IMG/VR virus record: IMGVR_UViG_3300023110_000008
Source of the DNA: an uncultured virus (IMG/VR IMGVR_UViG_3300023110_000008)
Lineage: Duplodnaviria > Heunggongvirae > Uroviricota > Caudoviricetes
Length of the DNA: 64,000 bases
Strand: one strand, 5' to 3'
Part shown: positions 30,000-39,985 of the stretch, piece after piece
How positions within the stretch are numbered: position 1 is the stretch's first letter
Layout: each line of letters opens with the position of its first letter
Program-made: the position numbers and the translations under genes
Notes under the pieces: generated by a model
Databases searched by the model: none
What the model was told of the DNA's origin: nothing
The model's input: only the letters and a program-made list of their open reading frames with translations

Positions 30000-30815
30000 A
30001 TGGCAAAACCAACAACCAAAGACGAATTAAAAGAATACATCAAAAGAAAACTTGGTGCGCCTGTTCTTGAAATCAACGTTGATGAAGATCAATTAGATGA
30101 TAGAGTAGACGAAGCGCTACAGTACTTTTATCAGTACCATTACGATGGCTCGATGAAGGTGTATCTAAAGCACAAGATAACCAGTGCCAAAAAAACTACT
30201 ATGAAGACGAATGAGTCTTTAACTGAGAGTGCAGCTGGTACACATGCATACGATGATGAAGCATTTGAACTTCAACAAAACTATATCGTATTGCCTGAGT
30301 TTGTTACAGCAGTAATGAACATCTTTCCATTCCACGACAAAAACAACCTCAATATGTTTGATCTTAGATATCAATTAAGATTGAATGATCTTTGGGATTT
30401 AACTTCAACAAATATCTTATACTACACACAAGTACAACAACACATTCAGTTGTTAGATAGAGTGTTAGTTGGCAGACAACCAATTAGATACAATCAACAT
30501 ATGAACAGATTGTACCTAGATATGGATGTCGATAGTATTAGCGCCAATGAATACATTATCATTGAGTGTTATAGAAAGTTAGACCCAACTACATTTACAG
30601 ATGTATACGATGATATGTGGTTAAAGAAATATGCCACAGCATTAGTCAAGTATCAATGGGGTGAAAATTTATCCAAGTTTACAGGTATTGCATTGCCAGG
30701 TGGTGTACAATTAGATGCTTCTCAAATGAAATCAGAAGCACAGGAAGAAATTCGAAGATTAGAAGAAGAATCAAGACTGAACCACGAAATGCCAGTACTT
30801 GATATGATAGGTTAA
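30000..30815 (+). CDS. gp13: Neck protein gp13
   Basis: LKEYIKRKLGAPVLEINV...YHYDG...WLKKYATALVKYQWGENLSKF..LPGG. Confidence 0.95.
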   Translation: MAKPTTKDELKEYIKRKLGAPVLEINVDEDQLDDRVDEALQYFYQYHYDGSMKVYLKHKITSAKKTTMKTNESLTESAAGTHAYDDEAFELQQNYIVLPEFVTAVMNIFPFHDKNNLNMFDLRYQLRLNDLWDLTSTNILYYTQVQQHIQLLDRVLVGRQPIRYNQHMNRLYLDMDVDSISANEYIIIECYRKLDPTTFTDVYDDMWLKKYATALVKYQWGENLSKFTGIALPGGVQLDASQMKSEAQEEIRRLEEESRLNHEMPVLDMIG

Positions 30816-30817
30816 TT

Positions 30818-31672
30818 ATGCCAACAAATGTGTTTTTTAATCATGCAGTTAACACTGAGCAACATCTTTATGAAGATATCGTTGTCGAAGCTCTACGTAT
30901 GTATGGTCATGAAACATTTTATTTACCAAGAGAAATTGTAGAAGAAGACACAATCTTTAATGAAGATGTTCAGTCCACTTTTGGTGATGCATACAGTGTT
31001 GAGATGTATATCGAAAACACTGATGGTTTTGAAGGCGAAGGCGATCTCATGTCTAAGTTTGGTATTCAAGTTAGAGATCAAGCGACCTTTGTCATTTCTC
31101 TGAGGTCATGGGAAAGATTCATTTCTTTAGATACAAACCTTGCAACATCACTAAGACCTAACGAAGGCGATCTGATATATTTTCCTTTATCAGGTTCAAT
31201 GTTTGAAATCAAATTTGTAGAACACGAAGACCCTTTCTATCAAGTTGGTAAACTATTTGTATTTAAACTTAGATGTGAATTGTTTGAATATAGTGGTGAA
31301 GATTTTGATACAGATATCTCAGGCATAGATCAGATAGAAGACGAACAAGCATACAGCATTGATCTAACAATGGATGCTGGTGGTACAGGAACGTTTGCAG
31401 TCAATGAAGATGTCACACTAAATGGTACAGTTGTGGGTGAAGTTGTTCTATGGAGAGCAGATACAAGATTACTCAGACTTAAAGATAATACAACAACACT
31501 AGAGACTGGTGATGTATTACTAGGTGCTGTTTCATCAGCCTCATTTACAGTCTCATCGGTTGATGACGTTATGACTATGTCTAACGATCCTCAGGCAGAC
31601 AATAAAGAATTTGAAGATGCTGAGTCTTCATACTTAGACTTCAGTGAAACTAATCCATTTGGTGAACCATAA
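30818..31672 (+). CDS. gp14: Neck protein gp14
   Basis: EQHLYED...YG...YLPRE, GFEGEGD.MSKFG, RPNEGDLIYFP, PFYQVGK, FSETNPFG. Confidence 0.95.
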   Translation: MPTNVFFNHAVNTEQHLYEDIVVEALRMYGHETFYLPREIVEEDTIFNEDVQSTFGDAYSVEMYIENTDGFEGEGDLMSKFGIQVRDQATFVISLRSWERFISLDTNLATSLRPNEGDLIYFPLSGSMFEIKFVEHEDPFYQVGKLFVFKLRCELFEYSGEDFDTDISGIDQIEDEQAYSIDLTMDAGGTGTFAVNEDVTLNGTVVGEVVLWRADTRLLRLKDNTTTLETGDVLLGAVSSASFTVSSVDDVMTMSNDPQADNKEFEDAESSYLDFSETNPFGEP

Positions 31673-32718
31673 TGTTCGGTACTTATTTTTATAACGAAAC
31701 TATTAAGAGATCGGTATCAATATTTGGTACCTTGTTCAATAATATCTATATCAAAAAAACAAAATCAGATGGTACAGTACTATCTCGAACATTAGTGCCA
31801 ATCTCATATGGTCCTGCTCAAAAATTTATAAACAGACTAGCAGAAGAGCCTGATCTAACAGATAACAATAGAAGTGCTATTAGTTTGCCAAGAATGGCAT
31901 TCCAAATTTCAGCATTTAACTACGATGCAAATAGACAACAGAACAAGTTAATAAGAACAAAGAAAGCAACAATAGAGACAAACAACACCGATAGAAAATT
32001 TCAGTATTCACCAGCACCATATGATATAGAGTTTGAGTTATCAGTACTAGCTAAAAATCAAAACGATGCATTGCAGATTGTAGAACAAATATTACCATAT
32101 TTTCAACCTGAATATACAGTAACAATGAAGATGATAGATGATATGTCTGAGGTCAGAGACGTGCCTATTGTTTTAAACAGTGTGTCTATGACAGACGATT
32201 ACGAGGCAGACTTTGAAAGTAGAAGAGTTATAGAATATACATTAGGGTTTACAATGAAGTTATACTTCTTTGGACCAGTTTACACAGGTGATATCATTAC
32301 TAATGTTATCGAAAGAGACTTTATATCAGACGGATCTGGACAGTTTACAACATCTCAAATCAATAGTTCTGGTCTAGTTAAAGAAGTCAAACACTATGAA
32401 CCTGCATTTTCAGCTGTTGCAAATGTCGTATCTAATTCTACAACAGTGACTTTTGATACTGCAATAAATAGTAAGATAAATGTAGAAGACGAAGTTTTTT
32501 ATACAGGTAACACACCTAATCCAACGATTAGTAGTATTGCAGAAGATAGATTATCAATAGTTTTATCAGCTGCAATAACTTTAGATGAACCTAAAACTAT
32601 TATGTTTGTAGGTTCTGTAGAACCAGGTGACACCTTTGTAGTTGCTGAAACTGTAACGTTCTATGACGATGGTACAAACATCGATTATGCCGATACAGTT
32701 ACAACAGACTCTACATAA
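31672..32718 (+). CDS. gp15: Tail sheath stabiliser/terminator gp15
   Basis: YFYNETIKR...FGTLFN, VPISYGP.QKF, LPRMAF, QIVEQILPYFQP. Confidence 0.95.
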   Translation: MFGTYFYNETIKRSVSIFGTLFNNIYIKKTKSDGTVLSRTLVPISYGPAQKFINRLAEEPDLTDNNRSAISLPRMAFQISAFNYDANRQQNKLIRTKKATIETNNTDRKFQYSPAPYDIEFELSVLAKNQNDALQIVEQILPYFQPEYTVTMKMIDDMSEVRDVPIVLNSVSMTDDYEADFESRRVIEYTLGFTMKLYFFGPVYTGDIITNVIERDFISDGSGQFTTSQINSSGLVKEVKHYEPAFSAVANVVSNSTTVTFDTAINSKINVEDEVFYTGNTPNPTISSIAEDRLSIVLSAAITLDEPKTIMFVGSVEPGDTFVVAETVTFYDDGTNIDYADTVTTDST

Positions 32719-32732
32719 TAGTCAAATATAGT

Positions 32733-33131
32733 ATGAACACAGACGAAAAATTAAACGATATCTTGGATATCGAATCAGAAATTAAAACTCAAACAGCTGA
32801 GGTTGTTAAGAAGTTGCCTGATAGAACAGACAACATTGAAACAGACTACCGATACGCTAGAGAGAATCTCTATAATCTCGTAGAACGAGGACAAGATGCA
32901 ATCGATGGCATCTTAGAACTATCCAAAGAGACAGAACATCCACGGGCCTATGAAGTTGCAGGTCAACTTATTAAAACAGTGGGTGAAACAGCAGAAAAAC
33001 TTATAGACCTACAAAGCAAGTTAAAGAAACTAGAAGACGAAGAAACACAAAAGATAGGAACACAACACAATCACTTGTATGTTGGGTCAACGTCTGAGTT
33101 GCAAAAGTTTTTAAAAAAGAATAAAGATTAA
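32733..33131 (+). CDS. gp16: Terminase small subunit gp16
   Basis: DYRYARENLY...HPRAYEVAGQLIK...GSTSELQKFL. Confidence 0.95.
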   Translation: MNTDEKLNDILDIESEIKTQTAEVVKKLPDRTDNIETDYRYARENLYNLVERGQDAIDGILELSKETEHPRAYEVAGQLIKTVGETAEKLIDLQSKLKKLEDEETQKIGTQHNHLYVGSTSELQKFLKKNKD

Positions 33132-34711
33132 TGGTTAAGGCAAAAAACGAAGGTTATCTTGGTAATAATCTTGTCAAACGTGCAGGAGTAGAACACCAAT
33201 ATACCGAAGAAGAGTTGAAAGAATACATGAAGTGTTCTACTGACCCTTGTCATTTTATTCAAAACTATACACAAATTATATCACTAGATGAAGGTCTTGT
33301 ACCATTTAATCTTCGTGGTTACCAAGAAAAGTTAATTAATCATTTCAAAGATAGTCGTTTTAGTGTAGTTCTAGCTGCTAGACAGTCAGGTAAATCTATT
33401 ACTTCTTGTGCATATCTACTATGGTATCTACTGTTCACTCCCGAAGTCACGGTTGCGATCCTAGCGAACAAAGGTGCAATTGCAAGGGAGATGATAGCAC
33501 GTATCGTAACCATGTTGGAGACTGTTCCATTCTTTCTCCAACCAGGTGTAAAGATACTTAACAAGGGTAATATAGAATTTGGTAACGATTCCAAGATCGT
33601 GGCAGCTGCAACATCTTCATCATCTATTCGTGGTATGTCAATTAACATGTTATACCTCGATGAGTTTGCATTCGTAGAAGATGCAGAGACATTCTATACT
33701 GCTACATATCCTGTAGTTACCTCAGGTAAAGACTCTAAAGTTATCATTACATCAACTGCAAATGGTGTGGGTAATATGTTCCATAAGATATACGAATCTG
33801 CAATACATGAACAATCTGAGTATAAACCATTCACAATCAACTGGTATGATGTGCCTGGCAGAGATGAAGAATGGAAGAAAGAAACCATTGCAAACACCTC
33901 AGAAGCACAGTTTGAACAAGAGTATGGTAATAGTTTCTTAGGTACAGGTAACACACTGATCAATAGTAATACTTTATTAGGTATGAGAGCAGTTGATCCA
34001 GATTGGAATAGAGATGGTGTTAACGTCTACGAAAAACCTATTAAGGACCACGTATATGTTTGTACCGTTGATGTATCTCAAGGAAGAGGTATTGACTTCT
34101 CTACATTTAGTATCTTCGATGTTACATCTAAACCATTTAAACAAGTGTGTACTTATAGAGATAATACTATAAGTCCTATGCTCTACCCAGATTTTATAAA
34201 TAAGTATTGCAGACCCTATAATGATGCATTAGTTATTATTGAGAACAATGCCGAAGGTGGCATGGTAGCAAAACAGTTACATTATGATATAGAATACCCA
34301 AACGTATTTGTTCAAGGACAGACTAAAGCAGATGACATAGGGATAACAATGAGTAGAAGAATCAAAAGGGTTGGTTGTTCTACCATGAAAGAATTATTAG
34401 AGGAAAATAAACTATTACTCGTAGACCGTGCTACAATCACGGAGTTAATGACCTTTGTTAACAAGGGTTCATCATTCGAAGCAGATAGAGGATATCATGA
34501 CGACATGGTCATGAATTTAGTTCTTTTTAGTTGGTTTATTACAACCGACTACTTCTTCCATTTAACTGATCATGCGGTAAAAAACTTACTGTATGCTGAA
34601 CAGCAGAAGTTAATTGAAGATGATATCTTGCCACCAGGCGTATTTGGTCAAGAAGAAAATGATACTTTTGTTGACTCAAATGGCGATAGATGGTTTTTAG
34701 AGCAGTCTTAG
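33131..34711 (+). CDS. gp17: Terminase large subunit gp17
   Basis: RQSGKS Walker A, YLDEFAF Walker B, TSTANG, FEQEY, HDDMVM. Confidence 0.97.
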   Translation: MVKAKNEGYLGNNLVKRAGVEHQYTEEELKEYMKCSTDPCHFIQNYTQIISLDEGLVPFNLRGYQEKLINHFKDSRFSVVLAARQSGKSITSCAYLLWYLLFTPEVTVAILANKGAIAREMIARIVTMLETVPFFLQPGVKILNKGNIEFGNDSKIVAAATSSSSIRGMSINMLYLDEFAFVEDAETFYTATYPVVTSGKDSKVIITSTANGVGNMFHKIYESAIHEQSEYKPFTINWYDVPGRDEEWKKETIANTSEAQFEQEYGNSFLGTGNTLINSNTLLGMRAVDPDWNRDGVNVYEKPIKDHVYVCTVDVSQGRGIDFSTFSIFDVTSKPFKQVCTYRDNTISPMLYPDFINKYCRPYNDALVIIENNAEGGMVAKQLHYDIEYPNVFVQGQTKADDIGITMSRRIKRVGCSTMKELLEENKLLLVDRATITELMTFVNKGSSFEADRGYHDDMVMNLVLFSWFITTDYFFHLTDHAVKNLLYAEQQKLIEDDILPPGVFGQEENDTFVDSNGDRWFLEQS

Positions 34712-34723
34712 AGTACATAATAA

Positions 34724-34731
34724 TATAAATA
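34724..34731 (+). promoter_or_regulatory. Late promoter TATAAATA
   Basis: Exact consensus upstream of gp18. Confidence 0.8.
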
Positions 34732-34769
34732 AAAGTGTAAACAACTTTTTACATTAACAGGAGAAAAGT

Positions 34770-36773
34770 ATGGCATTTCAAGTATCACCAGGCGTACAGG
34801 TCAGAGAAGTTGACCTTTCGAATGTTGTTCCAGCAGTATCTTCTACAGTAGGTGCATTCGCTGGTGTTTTTCAATGGGGCCCTGTTGATGAGGTAAAGAC
34901 AGTTTCAAGCGGACAACAGTTAGTTGATGAGTTCTACAAACCAGCAGACTCAGACGCTGGGGCTGAAGATTTTTACTCAGCAGACTCATTTTTGCGATAC
35001 GGTTCTGCTCTTAGAGTGGTTAGAATTAATAATTCTGGTCTCTTTAGTGCAAACCAAGCAGGAAACTCAGCAACACTTCTAAAGAACGAAAGTGATTATG
35101 AAGGTTCATTTGAAAGCGGCTCATCATCAGCAACAGTCGGAAAATGGATCTCAAAATACGCAGGTGCATTAGGAAACTCAATTAAAGTTTCAGTATGTGC
35201 ATCTAGCAATGCTTATTTTAATGATGCAGTCTCAGCTGTAGACAACGCATTGAACTATTCAAAAGGCGATTCAACAATCGCAGTTGACGATGGTTCAGCG
35301 TTCTTAGTTAGAGATATCATTAAATTTGCAAGTCATTCACAATTATACAGAGTGACAGCTATTGCGATTAATGATCTTTCAATCGAAGCAATAAACAAAC
35401 CATCAGGTACAGGTTTGGTAGAAGACGTTTTGGACAACACAAATATTGACAGATATTGGGAATTTTATAACCTATTCGACAAAGCACCAGGAAGTTCAGC
35501 ATCAGCTGCTCTAGTAGGTGCATCTAACGATGAAATTCACGTAGTAGTCGTAGACGAAGATGGCGTAATATCTGGAACTAAAAACGAAGTTTTAGAAACC
35601 TTTGGATTTGTATCGTTAGCCTCAGACGCTAAAGATTCACAAGGTTCATCAAACTATTACAGAGACGTAATAGCAAGAGACTCAAATTACATATACTGGT
35701 CAGGTCACTCAACAGCAATGTTGACAACAGCTAGTGAACACAGAACACTTGCAACAGCAGTAGGTACTGCTTTCTTAAGACCAGCATTACCAGAGAATTC
35801 ATCACTATCAGGTGGTGCAGACGGTAATTACAACTCAGTAGCAGAAAAAACCTCAGCATGGAACACACACTTTGCTGATGCAGAAACAGTAGATATCTCT
35901 TTCCTAATCGTAGGTTCAAACAGAGTATATGAAAGCGCAGCTATGCACATTGACGGTGGGGCAGCTCAAGTACATTCAAATTCTTTAATTAACGAAGCGA
36001 TCAACATTGCTGAATTAAGAAAAGATTGTTTAGTAGTTTGTTCACCAGATAGAGCATCTGTAGTTGGAGTATCTTCAGAGTCAACTCAAGCAACAAACGT
36101 TATTGCTGACTTTGCAGGCATTACTTCATCATCATATGCAGTTATAGACTCAGGATGGGTATATCAATATGACAGATTTAACGACAAGTACGTATGGGTA
36201 CCAGGTTGTGGACACACAGCAGGAGTTATGTCAAGATCAGATTTACTACAAGATCCATGGTTCTCACCAGCAGGATTTAATAGAGGTCAGTATCTTGGTA
36301 TTTCAAAACTTGCTTTCAATCCTTCACAATCCTCAAGAGACGATCTGTATAGAAACAGAATCAACCCAATCGTAACATTTGCTGGACAAGGTACAGTACT
36401 ATTCGGTGACAAAACAGCACTATCAGTACCAAGCGCCTTCGACAGAATTAACGTTAGAAGATTGTTCATAGTATTAGAGAAAGCAATAGCAACAGCTGCT
36501 AAAGCACAACTCTTTGAATTCAACGATGCATTCACAAGAGCACAATTTAGAGCTGCGGTAGAACCTTTCTTAAGAGACGTTAAAAATAGAAGAGGTTTAG
36601 TAGACTTCTCAGTTCTTTGTGACGAAACAAATAACACAGACACAGTGATTGATAGAAACGAATTTGTTTGTTCAATCTTTGTGAAACCTGCTAAGTCAAT
36701 CAACTATATAACCTTGAACTTTGTAGCTGCAAGAAGTGGCGTAGAGTTCGAAGAAATATACGGAGCAGTTTAA
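34770..36773 (+). CDS. gp18: Tail sheath protein gp18
   Basis: SPGVQVREVDL, FQWGP, PWFSPAGFNRG, FDRINVRRLF, FEFNDAFTR. Confidence 0.97.
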   Translation: MAFQVSPGVQVREVDLSNVVPAVSSTVGAFAGVFQWGPVDEVKTVSSGQQLVDEFYKPADSDAGAEDFYSADSFLRYGSALRVVRINNSGLFSANQAGNSATLLKNESDYEGSFESGSSSATVGKWISKYAGALGNSIKVSVCASSNAYFNDAVSAVDNALNYSKGDSTIAVDDGSAFLVRDIIKFASHSQLYRVTAIAINDLSIEAINKPSGTGLVEDVLDNTNIDRYWEFYNLFDKAPGSSASAALVGASNDEIHVVVVDEDGVISGTKNEVLETFGFVSLASDAKDSQGSSNYYRDVIARDSNYIYWSGHSTAMLTTASEHRTLATAVGTAFLRPALPENSSLSGGADGNYNSVAEKTSAWNTHFADAETVDISFLIVGSNRVYESAAMHIDGGAAQVHSNSLINEAINIAELRKDCLVVCSPDRASVVGVSSESTQATNVIADFAGITSSSYAVIDSGWVYQYDRFNDKYVWVPGCGHTAGVMSRSDLLQDPWFSPAGFNRGQYLGISKLAFNPSQSSRDDLYRNRINPIVTFAGQGTVLFGDKTALSVPSAFDRINVRRLFIVLEKAIATAAKAQLFEFNDAFTRAQFRAAVEPFLRDVKNRRGLVDFSVLCDETNNTDTVIDRNEFVCSIFVKPAKSINYITLNFVAARSGVEFEEIYGAV

Positions 36774-36784
36774 GGGAGTAAAGA

Positions 36785-37282
36785 ATGGCAACTATAGATC
36801 AATTTAAAGCACAATTACTCGGCGGTGGGCCAAGAGCTAACCGATTCAGAGTTTTTATACCACGATCTGGCAATAAGATTGAATTCTTATGTCAGGCTGC
36901 ACAAATCCCAGCTGCTACAGTAGGTGTAGTTGAACAACAGTTCAGAGGACATGTTCTTAAACTCGCAGGAGATAGAACATTCGAACCTTGGACTGTTACA
37001 ATTATTAATGATATTGAGTTTTCATCAAGAACAGCTATTGAAAATTGGCAACAAGACATTCAAGCTTTAGATTCTGGTGAAGGTATCACATCATTAGATT
37101 ACCTCGTAGACAGAGCATTTGTCGAACAACTTAACAAAGACGATTCAGTGTTAGCAAGATACGAATTCTTCAACATGTTCCCAACCAATATTGGTGCGAT
37201 TGACCTATCTTACGAAACAGTCGATGCATTGGAGACATTTGATGTTGAATTCCAATACTCACACTGGGAAAGAGTCGTTTAA
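36785..37282 (+). CDS. gp19: Tail tube protein gp19
   Basis: GGPRANRF, FRG..LKLAGDRTFEPWTVTIIND, FPTNIGAIDLSY. Confidence 0.95.
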   Translation: MATIDQFKAQLLGGGPRANRFRVFIPRSGNKIEFLCQAAQIPAATVGVVEQQFRGHVLKLAGDRTFEPWTVTIINDIEFSSRTAIENWQQDIQALDSGEGITSLDYLVDRAFVEQLNKDDSVLARYEFFNMFPTNIGAIDLSYETVDALETFDVEFQYSHWERVV

Positions 37283-37290
37283 TTTTTTGA

Positions 37291-37319
37291 ATATCGCCCT
37301 TTTTAGGGCGATATAAATA
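37291..37319 (+). promoter_or_regulatory. Hairpin overlapping late promoter TATAAATA (37312-37319)
   Basis: ATATCGCCCT-TTTT-AGGGCGATAT inverted repeat whose right arm runs into the promoter box. Confidence 0.7.
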
Positions 37320-37325
37320 CATATT

Positions 37326-38852
37326 ATGGAAATATTTGGGTTTGAAATAACTCGTAAAAAAGACGAGTTACGAGAAGTAGACGTAGAGAAGAAGTCAGCT
37401 CCTTCTTTCGTTGCGCCAGTGGAAGATGACGGCACACCTGTCATTCAAACTTCGCAATCAGGCTTCATATCAGGTGGTGCATATGGCACCTACGTTGATA
37501 TGGAAGGCGGCATCAAGAATGAAGTTGCTCTTATTCGCAGATACAGAGAGACTTCTCTAGTACCTGAATGTGATGCAGCTATCGAAGACATAGTCAACGA
37601 ATGTGTTGTTTCTGATACTGAAGATAGGATAGTGTCTCTCGATCTCAAAGATGTTGAGCTCAGTGATAGCATCAAGAAGAAGATGCAACTAGAGTTTAAA
37701 CATATCTTATCTTTAATGAAGTTCAATGTGAACTCTCATGAATTATTCAGAAAATGGTACATCGATGGTAGAATCTACTTTCATAAAGTAGTAGATTCTT
37801 CACGTCCTCAAGCGGGCATGGTCGACATTAGAAACGTTGATCCTCTAAAAATTAAGAAGATCAGAAATGTCGAAAAAGATAAAGACAAAAAGACCCAAGT
37901 AGAGGTCATTAAAAAGGTTGAAGAGTTTTACGTCTTCAACGATAAAGGTTTTGACAAGGGTAGTGCAACAGAAGGCAATACTCTTAAAATTGCACCAGAA
38001 GCAGTAAGTTATACAACTTCTGGTATGTTAGATTACACACAGAACATCGTAATCGGACATCTTCATAAGGCATTGAAAACTGCTAATCAGTTAGCAATGT
38101 TAGAAGACGCTCTAGTAATTTACAGAATTGCAAGAGCACCTGAAAGAAGAATATTCTACATCGATGTAGGTAACCTTCCAAAGGCAAAGGCAGAACAGTA
38201 TCTTGCCGATGTTATGAACAAGTACAGAAACAAACTTGTTTATAATGCAGATACAGGCGAAATCAAAGATGATAGACGCCACATGTCGATGATGGAAGAC
38301 TTTTGGTTACCACGTAGAGAAGGTGGTAGAGGTACAGAAATCTCTACATTACCAGGTGGACAGAATCTTTCAGAGATTGATGATATAGAATACTTTAAAA
38401 AGAAACTATATCGATCACTGAATGTACCTGTTTCCAGAATGGAATCAGATAACGGCTTCAATATGGGCCGTTCTTCAGAGATCAGTAGAGATGAACTTAA
38501 GTTTAACAAGTTCACACATAGACTTCAGGTGAAGTTTGCTAGATGCTTCACTGATCTATTAAGAACACAATTGATTCTTAAGAATATTGTATCTAGCGAT
38601 GAATTTGACGAAGTCAAAGATTTTATACGTTATGACTTTGCTACTGATAACTACTTTACAGAGTTAAAAGAGCAAGAGTTATTTAAAGAAAGATTAGACT
38701 TACTCTCACAAGCAGAGTCATATGTAGGTTCATATTTCTCTAAAGAGTATGTTAAAAAGTTCTTCTTAAAACAGTCAGATGAAGACATCGAAAACATGCA
38801 ACAACAGATTGATGCTGACGGTGACGGAGAAGACGATGACATGGGGTTTTAA
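37326..38852 (+). CDS. gp20: Portal protein gp20
   Basis: YRIARAPERRIFYIDVGNLPKAKAEQY, EDFWLPRREGGRGTEISTLPGG. Confidence 0.98.
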   Translation: MEIFGFEITRKKDELREVDVEKKSAPSFVAPVEDDGTPVIQTSQSGFISGGAYGTYVDMEGGIKNEVALIRRYRETSLVPECDAAIEDIVNECVVSDTEDRIVSLDLKDVELSDSIKKKMQLEFKHILSLMKFNVNSHELFRKWYIDGRIYFHKVVDSSRPQAGMVDIRNVDPLKIKKIRNVEKDKDKKTQVEVIKKVEEFYVFNDKGFDKGSATEGNTLKIAPEAVSYTTSGMLDYTQNIVIGHLHKALKTANQLAMLEDALVIYRIARAPERRIFYIDVGNLPKAKAEQYLADVMNKYRNKLVYNADTGEIKDDRRHMSMMEDFWLPRREGGRGTEISTLPGGQNLSEIDDIEYFKKKLYRSLNVPVSRMESDNGFNMGRSSEISRDELKFNKFTHRLQVKFARCFTDLLRTQLILKNIVSSDEFDEVKDFIRYDFATDNYFTELKEQELFKERLDLLSQAESYVGSYFSKEYVKKFFLKQSDEDIENMQQQIDADGDGEDDDMGF

Positions 38853-38855
38853 TAA

Positions 38856-39035
38856 ATGAGTGATATAGCAAACAAAATAGTAGACCAAATTGAAGCAGGT
38901 AAACTACAAGATGCTAAAGATAGTATTTTTGATGGTATTAAAGCAAAAGCTGCTGACGTAGTAGACATGAAACGTGTCGAAATGCAGGTCGATTGGGTAA
39001 ACAAAAGTGAAAACTTGGACACAGATAACAGCTGA
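38856..39035 (+). CDS. Prohead core protein, gp67-like (not in ORF track, 59 aa)
   Basis: MSDIANKIVDQIEAGKLQDAKDSIFDGIKAKAADVVDMKRVEMQVDW..., in the syntenic position after gp20. Confidence 0.6.
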   Translation: MSDIANKIVDQIEAGKLQDAKDSIFDGIKAKAADVVDMKRVEMQVDWVNKSENLDTDNS

Positions 39036-39309
39036 GTTAAACGAAGCGAAGTTTACACTTCCTAAAGATCAAAAGGAAGTTAAGCGTGAAACACAAAAAG
39101 TTTCAGGCAAAACTGTCAACATCGTATACGCTGAAGACAGAAGAAAAAAAATCCATGTTTATATGGATGATATAGAAATCGGCACATATAAAAATGTAAA
39201 AGAGGCCGAAAAAGAGATGAAGAATATTAAGAATGTAATGTTACAAATGGGTGAAGAAAACATCTCATTAGAAGAAATTTTAGGAGTTATAAATGAAACT
39301 AATATCTGA
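39007..39309 (+). CDS. Hypothetical prohead-region protein (gp68 position)
   Basis: GTG-start ORF between the gp67-like gene and gp21. Confidence 0.55.
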   Translation: MKTWTQITAELNEAKFTLPKDQKEVKRETQKVSGKTVNIVYAEDRRKKIHVYMDDIEIGTYKNVKEAEKEMKNIKNVMLQMGEENISLEEILGVINETNI

Positions 39310-39946
39310 ATTTGTAGATTACGGAGTATCACCAATTATCGTTGAAGAGAACGAGCAAGGTAAAAAAGATTACTTCATCGAGGGAATATTCATGCAAGCT
39401 GCGATTAAAAACAGAAACGGTAGAATATATCCTAAAGACGTAATGGATAAAGAAGTAAATCGTTACGTTAAAGAATTCGTTGAAAAGGACAGAGCATTCG
39501 GCGAACTTGGTCATCCAGATGGACCAACAATTAATTTAGACAAAGTATCTCACCTTATCACCAAATTAGAATCAGACGGTGATAATTATGTGGGACGAGC
39601 AAAAATTTTATCAACACCAAATGGTCAGATTGTGAGAAATTTGATTGACGATGGTGCAAAACTTGGAGTATCCTCTAGAGGTCTAGGTTCACTAGAACAA
39701 AAAGGTGGCGCACAAGTTGTTAAGAATGATTTTCAGTTGGCAACAGCCGCTGATATCGTTGCAGATCCGTCTGCTCCAGAGGCTTTCGTAGAGGGCATCA
39801 TGGAAGGAGTAGAGTGGATATATGAATCAGGTATCCTTAAAGCAGTGGATGCAGGCAAAATGAGAGATACTCTCAGAACTGCTAAGCGCAATAAACTTGA
39901 GGAAACCAAATTAAATCTATGGAAAAAGTTCATTGAGAACCTATAA
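39293..39946 (+). CDS. gp21: Prohead protease gp21
   Basis: IEGIFMQ...NRNGRIYP, GELGHP, GVSSRGLGS, DIVADPSAP. Confidence 0.97.
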   Translation: MKLISEFVDYGVSPIIVEENEQGKKDYFIEGIFMQAAIKNRNGRIYPKDVMDKEVNRYVKEFVEKDRAFGELGHPDGPTINLDKVSHLITKLESDGDNYVGRAKILSTPNGQIVRNLIDDGAKLGVSSRGLGSLEQKGGAQVVKNDFQLATAADIVADPSAPEAFVEGIMEGVEWIYESGILKAVDAGKMRDTLRTAKRNKLEETKLNLWKKFIENL

Positions 39947-39948
39947 TA

Positions 39949-39956
39949 TATAAATA
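39949..39956 (+). promoter_or_regulatory. Late promoter TATAAATA
   Basis: Exact consensus upstream of gp22. Confidence 0.8.
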
Positions 39957-39985
39957 AAAGAGTATTACTCAAACAGGAGAAAAAA